Positions 1 to 9,795 of a DNA stretch of 64,000 nucleotides are shown piece after piece. The notes beneath the pieces were generated by a model. That model made no database searches and was not told the origin of the DNA. It was given only the letters and a program-made list of their open reading frames with translations. A program made the translations under genes and the position numbers. Location: the IMG/VR virus record IMGVR_UViG_3300020048_000002; one strand, given 5' to 3'. How positions within the stretch are numbered: position 1 is the stretch's first letter; every line of letters starts with the position of its first letter. Origin of the DNA: a virus (taxonomy: Duplodnaviria > Caudoviricetes).

Positions 1-92
1 GGAGCGAGCGGAAAATGCTCGCTCGGAGTTCCATCGCCGCAAAACGAAGGGAGGCAACGCGATCCATCACCTCCCCCGACTTATCAAAGGAT

Positions 93-890
93 TCAACCCT
101 GTCTGAGACGTTGAATCCTGTAAGTCACAGACCGAGACAGCTTCAGCCTACGTGCTGCCTCCAGAGCCGTGCAACCCTCGGAGAGTAGGGAGCAGAAGTC
201 GGGTTCAGCCGGACCTAGCTGGAGTTGTTCGATCGCAGATTGGACCTCAACACGAGCAACCACCCGACGCGCTGCTTCGTTTACGTCGGAGACGACATCG
301 AACAAATCCATCTCGGCCTCGTGATCGGATTTTGGCCGGATGTGAAAGTCGATGGGTCGATCCTTGTGTCTTCGGTGAAACGTCCGACACCAGTTGGCCC
401 ATGCGTTGTGAACCGCCTGTTGAAGGTACGTTCGGAAGTGAGCCCCCGTCGAATGAGGGATCAGGCGCTCAGAATCCGCGATCTTCTCGTGGTGCTCGTA
501 GACGGAAAACTCGTACTTTTCGACATCATCTGTCGCCCAAAGTGCATCTAGGGAGTCCACGTCCCCAGCGATCGGTGTAGGCATCCAGGAGATTGTCCGA
601 TCCCCGCTGTGGTACAACGCTTGAGCATCACACCACGAGTCCACCGAGATCCCAAGATGCTGACATACCTCCTCGGTCGTCAAAGCATCCGGACGAGCTT
701 CCGCCGCCCGTCGGTGGAACTTCTCGACGATACGAGCCTCCACCAGACGGAGCAAGACCGACTGATGGATGTCCTCGAAATTTTCGTTCCGGCGGTTGTA
801 CCGCAGAACGAGACTCGCGATGTACCCTCCGTACATCGCGATGAGTTCATCGTTGTTCTGGGGGATCTTTCCCCCCGTTTGTTCCTCCAC
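93..890 (-). CDS. ECF-type RNA polymerase sigma factor with Xis/MerR-like HTH inserted in sigma2
   Basis: Sigma2.1-2.2 (LIAMYGGYIASLVLRY..FEDIHQSVLLRL), ~95-aa insert with LTTEEVCQHLGIS..W HTH, sigma2.3-2.4 (FRTYLQQAVHNAWANWCR), sigma4 HTH (EGCTALEAARRLKLSRSVTYR); GGAGG RBS before GTG. Confidence 0.7.
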   Translation of the reverse strand: MEEQTGGKIPQNNDELIAMYGGYIASLVLRYNRRNENFEDIHQSVLLRLVEARIVEKFHRRAAEARPDALTTEEVCQHLGISVDSWCDAQALYHSGDRTISWMPTPIAGDVDSLDALWATDDVEKYEFSVYEHHEKIADSERLIPHSTGAHFRTYLQQAVHNAWANWCRTFHRRHKDRPIDFHIRPKSDHEAEMDLFDVVSDVNEAARRVVARVEVQSAIEQLQLGPAEPDFCSLLSEGCTALEAARRLKLSRSVTYRIQRLRQG

Positions 891-903
891 GCTTACCTCC
901 CCC

Positions 904-935
904 CTAGTACGACTGAGACAGGCTCAAAATCAACC
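904..935 (-). promoter_or_regulatory. Repeated phage promoter motif, copy 1 (upstream of sigma gene)
   Basis: GGTTGATTTTGAGCCTGTCTCAGTCGTACTAG on minus strand. Confidence 0.8.
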
Positions 936-1156
936 AAGCCTGTTCTTTTGTCCGTGGTTGCCGCCACAAACTAGGGAACACACGTCTACCAAAAGGCCCT
1001 AAACAAAGCAACAAAATGCCGGAACATACCCAAGACTTTACTTGAAGGATGCTTCGGACCGGTGTAAGACCTCATTGTGAAAACGGTTGCCGCCGTTCTC
1101 GCGTTCCTCCCCGCGATGCCTCCGTGCCCTCACGGAGGCATCGCCCTTTCAGCCCC

Positions 1157-1714
1157 ATGGACACCACAAGCCCCCACAAACTGCAACAGGTGTTGATCGA
1201 GTGCGAAGCGATGCACGCGATCAACACGTTCATGCGACTCGGCCCCACCAACAAGAATGTGTGGCAGGCGGTGAAACGAGCCTACGATGTGCGCGGCCCG
1301 AGTGAAACCGTGTTGGACTACGTGACGACAGAGGCGTTAGCACACCTTGTACGTCAAACGTCCAAAGAGCCTCCCGTAACATCCCCCGCACCGGTATCAT
1401 CTTACATCGGGGAGACTTTGGGTCTCGCTTGGGTCGCTTGGAAACAGGGTCATGATCGACTTGCCAGGGAGCTGATTGAGAAAACCCACGAACCAGTCCA
1501 CAAGCGGATCATCGTATCGGGCCGGACCAGAGGGATGGACATGTTCGCCTTCTCTTTCTGGCACCGGGGGATCGAACATTTGCTCGACGGAAAGCTAGAC
1601 GAAGGCAAACGCATGTGGCAACGCGCCATCGAGGTCGCCACTGTTTTTGGCTCAGAAGCTAGCCCGACTCTTCAGTGGACCCACGCTGCCTCTTTCTACA
1701 CTTTACCTCAGTAG
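1157..1714 (+). CDS. Hypothetical alpha-helical (TPR-like) protein
   Basis: Open frame filling the intergenic space; helical C-terminal pattern; start uncertain. Confidence 0.55.
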   Translation: MDTTSPHKLQQVLIECEAMHAINTFMRLGPTNKNVWQAVKRAYDVRGPSETVLDYVTTEALAHLVRQTSKEPPVTSPAPVSSYIGETLGLAWVAWKQGHDRLARELIEKTHEPVHKRIIVSGRTRGMDMFAFSFWHRGIEHLLDGKLDEGKRMWQRAIEVATVFGSEASPTLQWTHAASFYTLPQ

Positions 1715-1725
1715 AAGCGAGATTT

Positions 1726-3306
1726 TCACGAGTCGAAGTAGTTTTCGCTCAGAAGCCTCGCCCGAAGGTAATCCGGGTCTGCGTAAGGCTCGTCTTCACG
1801 GATGATGAAAAGCCGGAACCGTCCATCCTCTCTTACCTGCCGTGCCTTCTCACGATCCCGTTCGACAAGCTCCTCGTAAGTGCTTCCCTCTTCGAAGAAC
1901 CATACGGATGCTGGGTCGTAGTGCTGCGAGCCCTGAAACTCACATAAGAGTCGGTACTCGGGGAAGAAACCGTCAAAACGAAAACGGCCCCCTGTTCGAG
2001 GATTGATGAACGTCCCATCGTTCCACTCGGTTTCGTAGCTCGATGTCTCCAACACTTCGGCCAGTGTCTCCAAGAAGATAGCTTGAGAGACCGCTGTGTG
2101 TGAGATGGGTAACCCATGCTTTGCACACTCACGGCGAATCGTTACAAAGGCATGACCGAGACCCACTATTGCACGCCCCACCGAAATCTTCCCGTTCTTG
2201 AGTGCGAAGGGGAGGAGCTGTTCGGGGGACAGGCTGACCTCGTTGCCGCTTGTCCAGTATCGTTTCTCTCGAACGGCTGCGACAGATTGGCTCATGGTTC
2301 GAATACGGCTATCCGAGCCTTTCGTGAGGCCCTTCGACCATGTAAGACGACCTGCCATCTTGGCGGCATGACTCGCTACCCGTTCATCCGTGCCCTTTGT
2401 GAGACCCGCATTCCACCGACCCGCGTTCGCAGCCATCTTGGCTCGGGTTTCGGGGGAGATAGTGCGGCCCTTCAGGGGTGAAACTCGAACAATAGAGGTA
2501 GCCTTTGGGCGTTCGGCTTCTACACAGTCAGGGCAACGGGTTTCGTGGGTCGTGGGCGCAAAGGTTAGCCCCACCGTTCGGAGTGCCCCACAGGAGGAAC
2601 ACGGAACCGTGCGAGTCTGCCCTTTACGGGGAGACTCCCGATGAGCTTGCCGAGCCTGCTCGGCTCGTGCCTCCCGTAGTGCGTCGGCTTGTACTTCGGC
2701 CCCATTGAACCGAGCCCGATAGGCTTCCACGGAGAGATCGTGTTCGGCCCGAAGGTGCCCGTCGATCCGCACTCCACGGTGCCCACAAAGTCGGCACCGT
2801 AGGTAGTCCTGGCCTTCTTGTTTACCCGCCCATTCGGCCTCGGCTTGAGCTTCGAGGTAAGCTCGATGAGCCTCGGGGTCACCGTGTTGGGGACGAGCCA
2901 TGTGCCCCGACAAGCCCTTCTCGCCCACGCATCCTAGCCCACACACCGGACAAGTGCGATCGGCCCCACGCTCCTTCCCTTCACAACCAAGGCAAAGGAT
3001 GCGGTTGGAACGTGCCCGTTGAAGCACGTTCAAGGTCACGGGAGCCGAACACGAGGAGCAAAGCTCCGTCACTTCGGCGATTGTACGAGGCTTACCCGCC
3101 GTCGCACGTCCTGTCTCAGCGGCAGCCTTTGCTTGGATGGTCTTTCCTCTGGCGTCGAATGCTTCCTGCCCGAACTCTCCCACCCACCACTTGCGAAGGG
3201 TGTTGGGGCTGACACCTAACCGCTGGGCCAACGCCTTGAAAGGCTCCTCCGTATGGAAGAGTGGAAAGGTGTCGGCAGGTAGAGGGGCGTTTGGGTTTTT
3301 GGGCAT
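1726..3306 (-). CDS. Homing-endonuclease-like protein (Zn fingers, NUMOD3-like repeats, C-terminal PD-(D/E)xK/Vsr-like nuclease)
   Basis: CxxC pairs, HLRAEHDLSVEAYRARF, SPETRAKMA/WNAGLTK repeats, RFDGFF..LCEFQGSQHY nuclease motif. Confidence 0.75.
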   Translation of the reverse strand: MPKNPNAPLPADTFPLFHTEEPFKALAQRLGVSPNTLRKWWVGEFGQEAFDARGKTIQAKAAAETGRATAGKPRTIAEVTELCSSCSAPVTLNVLQRARSNRILCLGCEGKERGADRTCPVCGLGCVGEKGLSGHMARPQHGDPEAHRAYLEAQAEAEWAGKQEGQDYLRCRLCGHRGVRIDGHLRAEHDLSVEAYRARFNGAEVQADALREARAEQARQAHRESPRKGQTRTVPCSSCGALRTVGLTFAPTTHETRCPDCVEAERPKATSIVRVSPLKGRTISPETRAKMAANAGRWNAGLTKGTDERVASHAAKMAGRLTWSKGLTKGSDSRIRTMSQSVAAVREKRYWTSGNEVSLSPEQLLPFALKNGKISVGRAIVGLGHAFVTIRRECAKHGLPISHTAVSQAIFLETLAEVLETSSYETEWNDGTFINPRTGGRFRFDGFFPEYRLLCEFQGSQHYDPASVWFFEEGSTYEELVERDREKARQVREDGRFRLFIIREDEPYADPDYLRARLLSENYFDS

Positions 3307-3332
3307 GACAAAGCCTCCGAAAGTCGCCGCTT

Positions 3333-3361
3333 AGGATACGACGCTCTCGGAGGCTTGTCAA
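3333..3361 (-). promoter_or_regulatory. Sigma70-type promoter of endonuclease gene, overlapping an inverted repeat
   Basis: TTGACA-N17-TATCCT; the arm at 3347-3360 is complementary to 3306-3320, which contains the GGAGG RBS. Confidence 0.65.
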
Positions 3362-3403
3362 GTCGTGCTAACTGTTCTGACTTTCTAACTCAGCTTCTTG
3401 GCC

Positions 3404-3455
3404 ACACCTACATCAAAACCCTGCTTTTTGCGGAGGTCTTAGATGTAGGTGCGTG
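3404..3455 (-). terminator. Long hairpin downstream of tail sheath gene
   Basis: CACCTACATC...GATGTAGGTG inverted repeat just after the stop codon. Confidence 0.5.
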
Positions 3456-3458
3456 TAA

Positions 3459-6400
3459 TCAAAGCTGCGCTCGAACGTTGAAGGTCAAAACGATATACAA
3501 AAGCGGGAAAACAGGCTGGTAGTAAGCCTCGAACCGCAGCACGGTGGGGTCGTTGGGGTCGACTGCCGAGCTGATGCCCGTGAAGGCTGCCACGATCTCA
3601 GCCGAGACGAGCTGCTTGAAAAGGCTCGTCATGGTGAGGTTGACCTCCTGGACGCGACCAGCAAGGAACTTCGTTCCGACGAACCGATCGAGAGTGAACC
3701 GGCTCTGCTGCTGAACGTGGTCGGAGATCTGCGTGACCGTGGGGAGGCGCGTGAGGATCGAGTCCATCTTGGTCGTGAGACCCTGACGAACACGAACGAT
3801 CGGATCGAGGTCCTCTAGGAGAGTCACGCCCTTCACGGCTGTCTGGTTCGCTTCCACCGGATCCAGGATGCGGGGGATTCGGGTGAAGCCTTGGATCTGA
3901 CGGCGCGTGTACGGCGTTGCCACGTCCACCGAGGGGCTCACCACCGCACCGGCCATGGCCGCTGCGAAGAACGAACCGTCGACAACCGACTCGAAGCTCT
4001 GTCCGAGTTGGTCCGTCAGGGTGACGATGGCGACGTCGGGGTAGAAGGCCACGATACGGTTCGAGTTGAGGCTCGATGCGATCGTAGCTGCTGCCGAGGG
4101 CGTCGTGTTCGGTGCGAACCCGATGAAGCCCATCCGTTCCGCTTGGTTCTGGATGAGGCTCTGCGTCTCGCAGTGTTGGACGAGTTGGGCGTACACCGCC
4201 GTGGACGTGGCAAGCGGGATGATGAGATCCGGCTTGATGTTGCCCGGGAGCGGCGTCGTCAGCTCGTTGAGGGCTGCGATGAAGTTGGAGTCCGGTGCCT
4301 GGTTGCTGTTGGCTGCCTTGAGGACCTGCTTGATACCCACGAACAGGGCACCGTTCAGGATCGCCAAGTAGGCCGCTAGCGTGACTCGGTTCTCCGCCGA
4401 GGTTCGACCGAAGTTCGCCTCGATGGTCTTCAGTTGCCGGAAGATCCGGGTCGTGTAGTCCTGCTTGAGGTACTTGTAGCTGATGTAGTACGGGTCCCCG
4501 TTGGCAGGCTCGATACCCGTTGGAGCAAACGTCTGAAGGTTTGCCGTGTCCTCGGGGGCGACGCCAACGGTGTTGCTCACCGTCAGCTCCATGCCGGGAA
4601 CCGAGTAGAACGGGATGGCCGGGTTCACGAGGAAGGTCGGGCTCACGTTCATCGTGAAGCTACCACCAATCGTGTAGCTCCCCGTGCTCGACGGGAGGAT
4701 GGTGAAGCGTAGACCCGTCCCCGTATCCGTGTACGTCTGCCCCGGAATGCCCGTACCGGACGAACCAGCCGGGTTGTTCGAGCTGACCGTGAAGATGTCC
4801 TCTGCGTCCTCGCCAACGTCTCCATCCGTCCCGACGGTGATGTTGACCCCGGTCGTGAGGTTGAAGGCCGAGTTCGCACTGGCCACGAACCCGATGCTCG
4901 AAGTCGTTAGACCCGTGGCAAGCGAGATGATGCCCAGGTACGTGCGACCCTGGATGCTCGTCGGGAACGCTACACCCGCCGTCAGGAAACCTGCCGTCGA
5001 GTTGAGCGTGTTGGCCACCTCTTGAGCCGAGACTCGAATCTGGCTTGCGGCCTGATTCTGCACGAACCCAAGCGTTGCGTTGGCATTGCCGTCGAGGATC
5101 ACGAGAGCCGAAGTATCGACATTCGTGGGGCTCATCAGACGGAGCTTGTCGAGGTTGCTCAGGGTACCCGCAGAGGCAAGGCCCGCCAGGACGAGGTTGA
5201 TGGCCGCTGCTACTGCTGCCGTGGCAACCGCCGCACCTGCCGGGAGCGTGGCCGTATAGTCCACACCATCGACTCGAACCTTGAAGGTGTCGTTGACACC
5301 CGTCGTGATGGCGAACGGGCCTGCAATCTCCCCGAGGAGTGTGGCGGGCTTGTTCACCGAGTTGGGCGACCCGAGAGCCGACGAGAAGGTCGTGAAGCCG
5401 AGTGTCGATTCCGCCGTCCCTTGGGCGACGTAGACCTTCGACACAGCATCGAACCCGCCCGGAAGTGCGCCCGGGGTCGAGTACGACTTGACGATGAAGT
5501 GGATGTCTCCCGTGCCGGGACCACCAACCTGAACGCGAGAGCACAGGCTGTTCGGTGCCGTACCGCTGAAGGCCGGGTCGGCATCGATGGCTGCGTTGAT
5601 TTCGCCGACGATGAACGCGGGCGTCTGGTTACCCGTCGTGAGCGTCACAGCGATCGATACACCATCGATCTCCAGGTTGAGGTCCTCGGAGCCGCTGAGG
5701 ATCGACACCTTGCCGAGGTCGGGACCCGACTGAATCGGCGTGACCGCACCACCGACGAGGAAGCCCTTCGTCGCTGCCGCGAGGTTCGAGGTGTAGTTCA
5801 CCCCGTTCAGCTTGGTGACCCACGTTGCCGAGAACGGCGTGTAGAACGAGTAGGGCTCAGCACCCTTGATCACGTACTCCGCGTTCGTCGGATCTGACTG
5901 GTCGAACGTGATCGTGACCGTCTCGCTGACCGCCGTCCCAGCTCCCGTGTGGAAAGCGTCCGGCACCTGCTCGGCCCCACGCGGCCACTGCACCGTCTCG
6001 GGCAGGCCGACCTTCGTACCAAACCGGGTCTGGTAGAGGTTCGAGTTGGAGAGAGCCGACGTTACCTGATACTGACCGACGCCAACCGCTCCGGCGACCT
6101 TGTTCGTGAACGTGAACGTGTCGTCCTGGAGACGGCTGTAGTAGAACGTGGCGTACGCCTGGTAATCCGGCGGCACCGGGTCCTTGAGGCTGATACGACG
6201 GGTTGCACCATCGACCGTGGTGACCATGGCAGCCCCACGCTGTAGAGCGTCGTAGAACGAACGACCAACGTACACCTCGACAAGATCGGGGCGGTTCGTG
6301 GTGAGGTCCTGACGGCCATTGGTGACGAGGTTGTAGTCCGTGATACCGAGCGGCGTGTTGCGCCCGTTCCCCATCGTGGGGATCTCAGGGAGGAGGAAGT

Positions 6401-7730
6401 CCGTCGTCGAAACGGTCGCAGGGATCGTCGTCGAATCGACGACACGCTCACACTCACCGAGGTACATCTTGTCGTCGTTGAGTACGCCGACAATCTGAGC
6501 GTCGTCGAAGGGCGTTGCACCCGCACTCGTCGAACCGGCAGCCACCGTGTAGCTCGACCCCCAGTGGATGATGCTGGTGTCCGCCGTCGGGTTGCTGACT
6601 ACGAAGTCCGTGTTCGCGATGTAGTCCGAACGATCCGGAGCGATACCACACTGAACGACCTGCGTGATCAACGTGTTCGGCAGGTAGTCGAACGTGTCTT
6701 GCCAGGTGTTGGCGAAGTAGTTGACCGTGACGAGCGACCCGGGGGCCGGGGGGAGGGGAAGGGTGATCGTGCCGTTCTGGCCGTCGACCGAGCTGGCCAA
6801 CACCTGCACGCTGTTCACCTTCACGACCACCTTCGAGGGGTCCGTCGTGGTGAGGCCAGAGCCCGAACCGTCCGTGATGGGGCGGTTGAACACCTTGAAG
6901 ACCTTGTTACGTCCCGTCGACTGGAAGTTCGACCAGCCGAGCGGTCCGTTGGCCGAACCGTCGAGGACCTGGAACTCCTGCGAAGCGAGGAACTGGAGGT
7001 GCTCCTTACCTTCGTTGTCGATGAAGACCGCCGTCGAGAAGTTCGAGATCCCGAGGATGTCGATCTGGGCCTTGAGGGTTGCGGCAGAAACCGAACCGGC
7101 CGAGAACACCACCGTGTAGCTCGTTCCGTTGACGCTGAACTTGAACGTGTCGTTCAGGCCCAACGTAATGGCAAACGGACCCGTAGCAGGGCTCGTGAGA
7201 ATCGCCTGGTCCTCCGTGACCTGATCCGACAGCTCGTCGAGGAACGCCGTGTCCCCACGGTGGAAGTAGTACGAGCACCGCACGACGTCGGTCGGCTGCG
7301 TCGGGATCTGGAGAGTCACGAGACCACGCTGGCCGTTGACCACCGCGACAGTCGTCGGGATGCCATTCACCGTGACCGTGACCGTACGGGCATCGTTCGT
7401 TACCCGACCAAGGCCCTGACCGTCGACGATGGGGTAGTTACGAACTCGGAACTGCGTCCGAGTACCATCCTGCGCCCCAAGGACAAGGCTGTTGGGGTTG
7501 GTCGAATCAACGACCCAAGCCAGCGTAACGTCCTCGTTGTTGATGCGCTGATCAGCCGTTGCCGACGATCCGCGAACGAGAGCCACGTTGTCCTGGTTCA
7601 GCTCTTCCTGCCCCGTGCCGATGATGACGGGAAGGCGGAGTCCAGCGACAAGCTGTGCGACGTTGGACTCCGTAAGGGTCCGCGTGTAAATGCCGGGCGG
7701 GACGTAGGTAACAAAAGGTCCGAGAGCCAT
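3459..7730 (-). CDS. Contractile tail sheath protein with large beta-rich insertions
   Basis: N-terminal YVPPGIYTRT, sheath C-terminus (HCETQS..ERMGFIG, VRQGLTT, FEAYYQPVFPLLYIVLTFNV); 1423 aa. Confidence 0.9.
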   Translation of the reverse strand: MALGPFVTYVPPGIYTRTLTESNVAQLVAGLRLPVIIGTGQEELNQDNVALVRGSSATADQRINNEDVTLAWVVDSTNPNSLVLGAQDGTRTQFRVRNYPIVDGQGLGRVTNDARTVTVTVNGIPTTVAVVNGQRGLVTLQIPTQPTDVVRCSYYFHRGDTAFLDELSDQVTEDQAILTSPATGPFAITLGLNDTFKFSVNGTSYTVVFSAGSVSAATLKAQIDILGISNFSTAVFIDNEGKEHLQFLASQEFQVLDGSANGPLGWSNFQSTGRNKVFKVFNRPITDGSGSGLTTTDPSKVVVKVNSVQVLASSVDGQNGTITLPLPPAPGSLVTVNYFANTWQDTFDYLPNTLITQVVQCGIAPDRSDYIANTDFVVSNPTADTSIIHWGSSYTVAAGSTSAGATPFDDAQIVGVLNDDKMYLGECERVVDSTTIPATVSTTDFLLPEIPTMGNGRNTPLGITDYNLVTNGRQDLTTNRPDLVEVYVGRSFYDALQRGAAMVTTVDGATRRISLKDPVPPDYQAYATFYYSRLQDDTFTFTNKVAGAVGVGQYQVTSALSNSNLYQTRFGTKVGLPETVQWPRGAEQVPDAFHTGAGTAVSETVTITFDQSDPTNAEYVIKGAEPYSFYTPFSATWVTKLNGVNYTSNLAAATKGFLVGGAVTPIQSGPDLGKVSILSGSEDLNLEIDGVSIAVTLTTGNQTPAFIVGEINAAIDADPAFSGTAPNSLCSRVQVGGPGTGDIHFIVKSYSTPGALPGGFDAVSKVYVAQGTAESTLGFTTFSSALGSPNSVNKPATLLGEIAGPFAITTGVNDTFKVRVDGVDYTATLPAGAAVATAAVAAAINLVLAGLASAGTLSNLDKLRLMSPTNVDTSALVILDGNANATLGFVQNQAASQIRVSAQEVANTLNSTAGFLTAGVAFPTSIQGRTYLGIISLATGLTTSSIGFVASANSAFNLTTGVNITVGTDGDVGEDAEDIFTVSSNNPAGSSGTGIPGQTYTDTGTGLRFTILPSSTGSYTIGGSFTMNVSPTFLVNPAIPFYSVPGMELTVSNTVGVAPEDTANLQTFAPTGIEPANGDPYYISYKYLKQDYTTRIFRQLKTIEANFGRTSAENRVTLAAYLAILNGALFVGIKQVLKAANSNQAPDSNFIAALNELTTPLPGNIKPDLIIPLATSTAVYAQLVQHCETQSLIQNQAERMGFIGFAPNTTPSAAATIASSLNSNRIVAFYPDVAIVTLTDQLGQSFESVVDGSFFAAAMAGAVVSPSVDVATPYTRRQIQGFTRIPRILDPVEANQTAVKGVTLLEDLDPIVRVRQGLTTKMDSILTRLPTVTQISDHVQQQSRFTLDRFVGTKFLAGRVQEVNLTMTSLFKQLVSAEIVAAFTGISSAVDPNDPTVLRFEAYYQPVFPLLYIVLTFNVRAQL

Positions 7731-7876
7731 TAGAAATCTCCTCAGCGGGGTTAGTGGGAATCTTCATCCCATCTGGGTCGTGCATCGAGACGCTACGTTT
7801 TGTGGTCTGATCCGCATCTACATCTCGTGAGCCCCGCATGAGGCTGAACTCTACAGTGGACGCCGCCAACGGAAGA

Positions 7877-8326
7877 TTATCGACCGCGACGATTTTCCTG
7901 AGCCGTTTTACTTATCTCGACGGCACGCTTCGCGATTTGCTTGCGTTTATCGAAATCCTGCTTCGACAACGGCTCGTAGGTAACGAAGTCCTTGCCCTGC
8001 TTTCGCGTCAGGGCATGGCTTCCCGTCGCTTCTCGGATGGCTTTCTTTCCCTTTTCCTTCGCGTCGTACTGAGCCCAGCGTAGATCCGCGTCCTTGCCTA
8101 CGATTCGGTCAGCCGTAGGGTAGTCGTCCTTGTGGACTCCGGTGTTCCCTGGGGCAGCCTCTTTTGGTTGCGCAAAGGCGAACGCAAATCCCTCTTGGTC
8201 CAGCACTCGGGGTGCCGTGGACTCACAGTTGGGGCACTTGTGCGTCGGATGGTCTCCGATTTTGAGGGTGCGCTCGAACCGGAGAGAGCACCCCTCCTCC
8301 TGGCACTCAAACACGTACTTCGGCAT
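7877..8326 (-). CDS. FmdB-family zinc-ribbon protein
   Basis: MPKYVFECxxxxC..FE..CPNC. Confidence 0.75.
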   Translation of the reverse strand: MPKYVFECQEEGCSLRFERTLKIGDHPTHKCPNCESTAPRVLDQEGFAFAFAQPKEAAPGNTGVHKDDYPTADRIVGKDADLRWAQYDAKEKGKKAIREATGSHALTRKQGKDFVTYEPLSKQDFDKRKQIAKRAVEISKTAQENRRGR

Positions 8327-8335
8327 ATTTTGATC

Positions 8336-9496
8336 CTATATGATTCGTTCGTAGTCGCTGTTCCGGTTGGGGATCACCGGGTTTGTCGCGAAGAAGAGCT
8401 TCGACAGGACCGGCTGAATACCCGCCGTCGTCTCCGTTGCCTCCTGTACTACCTTGGAGAACGTGAGCGGCAACGGGATATGGATCTCCCAGTCCGCTCG
8501 AAGCTGCAAACCGATCGAGGCGTTGTAGTAGTAGTTGTCCCCCGTCTCGTCGTAGACTTCTTCGGCCTCCCCGCCCATGGATATGTCTACGATTTCAATA
8601 CCTTCGGTCTCTAGGAAGGGTTTGCGTTCCCCCCAAAGGTACATGACGACGAGATCGGCAATCTCCTCCATTTGGATGGGGTCCTGAGCGATGACGTCGA
8701 AGTCGAAGCTCACCTCGAACTTTCCACCGTACGCCTTTGCGGCCTCTACCCGATCCTCGTAGATGACCACGGCCACCTTGTCCCCCGTCTTGGCTCGCTT
8801 GCCAAAAGCCATGATGACGCCAGGAAGGGTCGTGTGGTCCGACTGGTTCCAGTAAAAGTCGATCGGCCCGATGCTGGGCACAGCGTAACGGTAGTCTGCC
8901 GTTAGGGTCGAAGAAGGCGCTACACGAACGGTCAAGGCCAAAGCCCCCGTCTTGTAGTTGACCGTGTAGTCTGTGCCCTCTTTGAGCAACGTGTTCTTGT
9001 TGACCCAGAGGCGAACCGTCCCTTGGACAGGGATGTTCTGAAGCTGCGCCTCACGTTCAATCCCAGACTCAAACCGCAAGACGGCTTCATCCGTGACCGT
9101 CAACAAGGGGTCCACGATGAACTGCCCTGGTTGTTGCGGGTTTTCAGGGGCTTGTAGGATCTCGATGTAGTAGATCCCAGGAGCCAAGGGAAATACATCC
9201 CCGTTGGCCTGAACCGCCATCAGGTCCTCTCGAACCCACTCGATCGGATAGGCCATCTCACCGACGTTGGTGAGCATGACGTGGCTCGACACGGTGCCCA
9301 TGAAGTTGTCGCCGGAGAGCGCCACCTTGCTGGCGGACGCTCCCTTGACCACAATCCCGAACTGGGGTCGCTCGTCGAAGGCGTACTTATTCTGAATCCA
9401 GGGGACGAGCTTGTTGTAGAGGGGGTGACGACTAAAGCTGTTCCTAAGCTCTAGGATCAACCTACGCTTGAGCGCCCCAATCAGGTAGTAGTAGAT
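8336..9496 (-). CDS. Virion neck/tail-completion-type structural protein (probable ATC start)
   Basis: Located in the structural module next to the sheath; frame extends to ATC at 9496 with AAGGAAGG 6 nt upstream; in-frame TAA at 9509-9511. Confidence 0.6.
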   Translation of the reverse strand: MYYYLIGALKRRLILELRNSFSRHPLYNKLVPWIQNKYAFDERPQFGIVVKGASASKVALSGDNFMGTVSSHVMLTNVGEMAYPIEWVREDLMAVQANGDVFPLAPGIYYIEILQAPENPQQPGQFIVDPLLTVTDEAVLRFESGIEREAQLQNIPVQGTVRLWVNKNTLLKEGTDYTVNYKTGALALTVRVAPSSTLTADYRYAVPSIGPIDFYWNQSDHTTLPGVIMAFGKRAKTGDKVAVVIYEDRVEAAKAYGGKFEVSFDFDVIAQDPIQMEEIADLVVMYLWGERKPFLETEGIEIVDISMGGEAEEVYDETGDNYYYNASIGLQLRADWEIHIPLPLTFSKVVQEATETTAGIQPVLSKLFFATNPVIPNRNSDYERII

Positions 9497-9795
9497 GGCG
9501 CACCTTCCTTACTGCATGACTCGGAGAGTCAAGTAGACCCATGAGCGGGAGAGGTTGAACTTCTTAGCGATGGCCCCGTTTCCATACCAATAAATATGGA
9601 AAAAGATAACAAAAAGCATGGTTTTTGATGGGTTTTGTGTAAATTTAAGGGATCCTAGAATATGATAAATTATGAGTATTGAGGTGGGGATGATGAAGGA
9701 ATTCTTACAGGTTTATTTGATCAGCTTGGTGGCAGGCATTCCGTGTTTCCTGCTTCTCCCCCTCTTTCATCTTCTCTTTAAAAATTCACCTAGGA

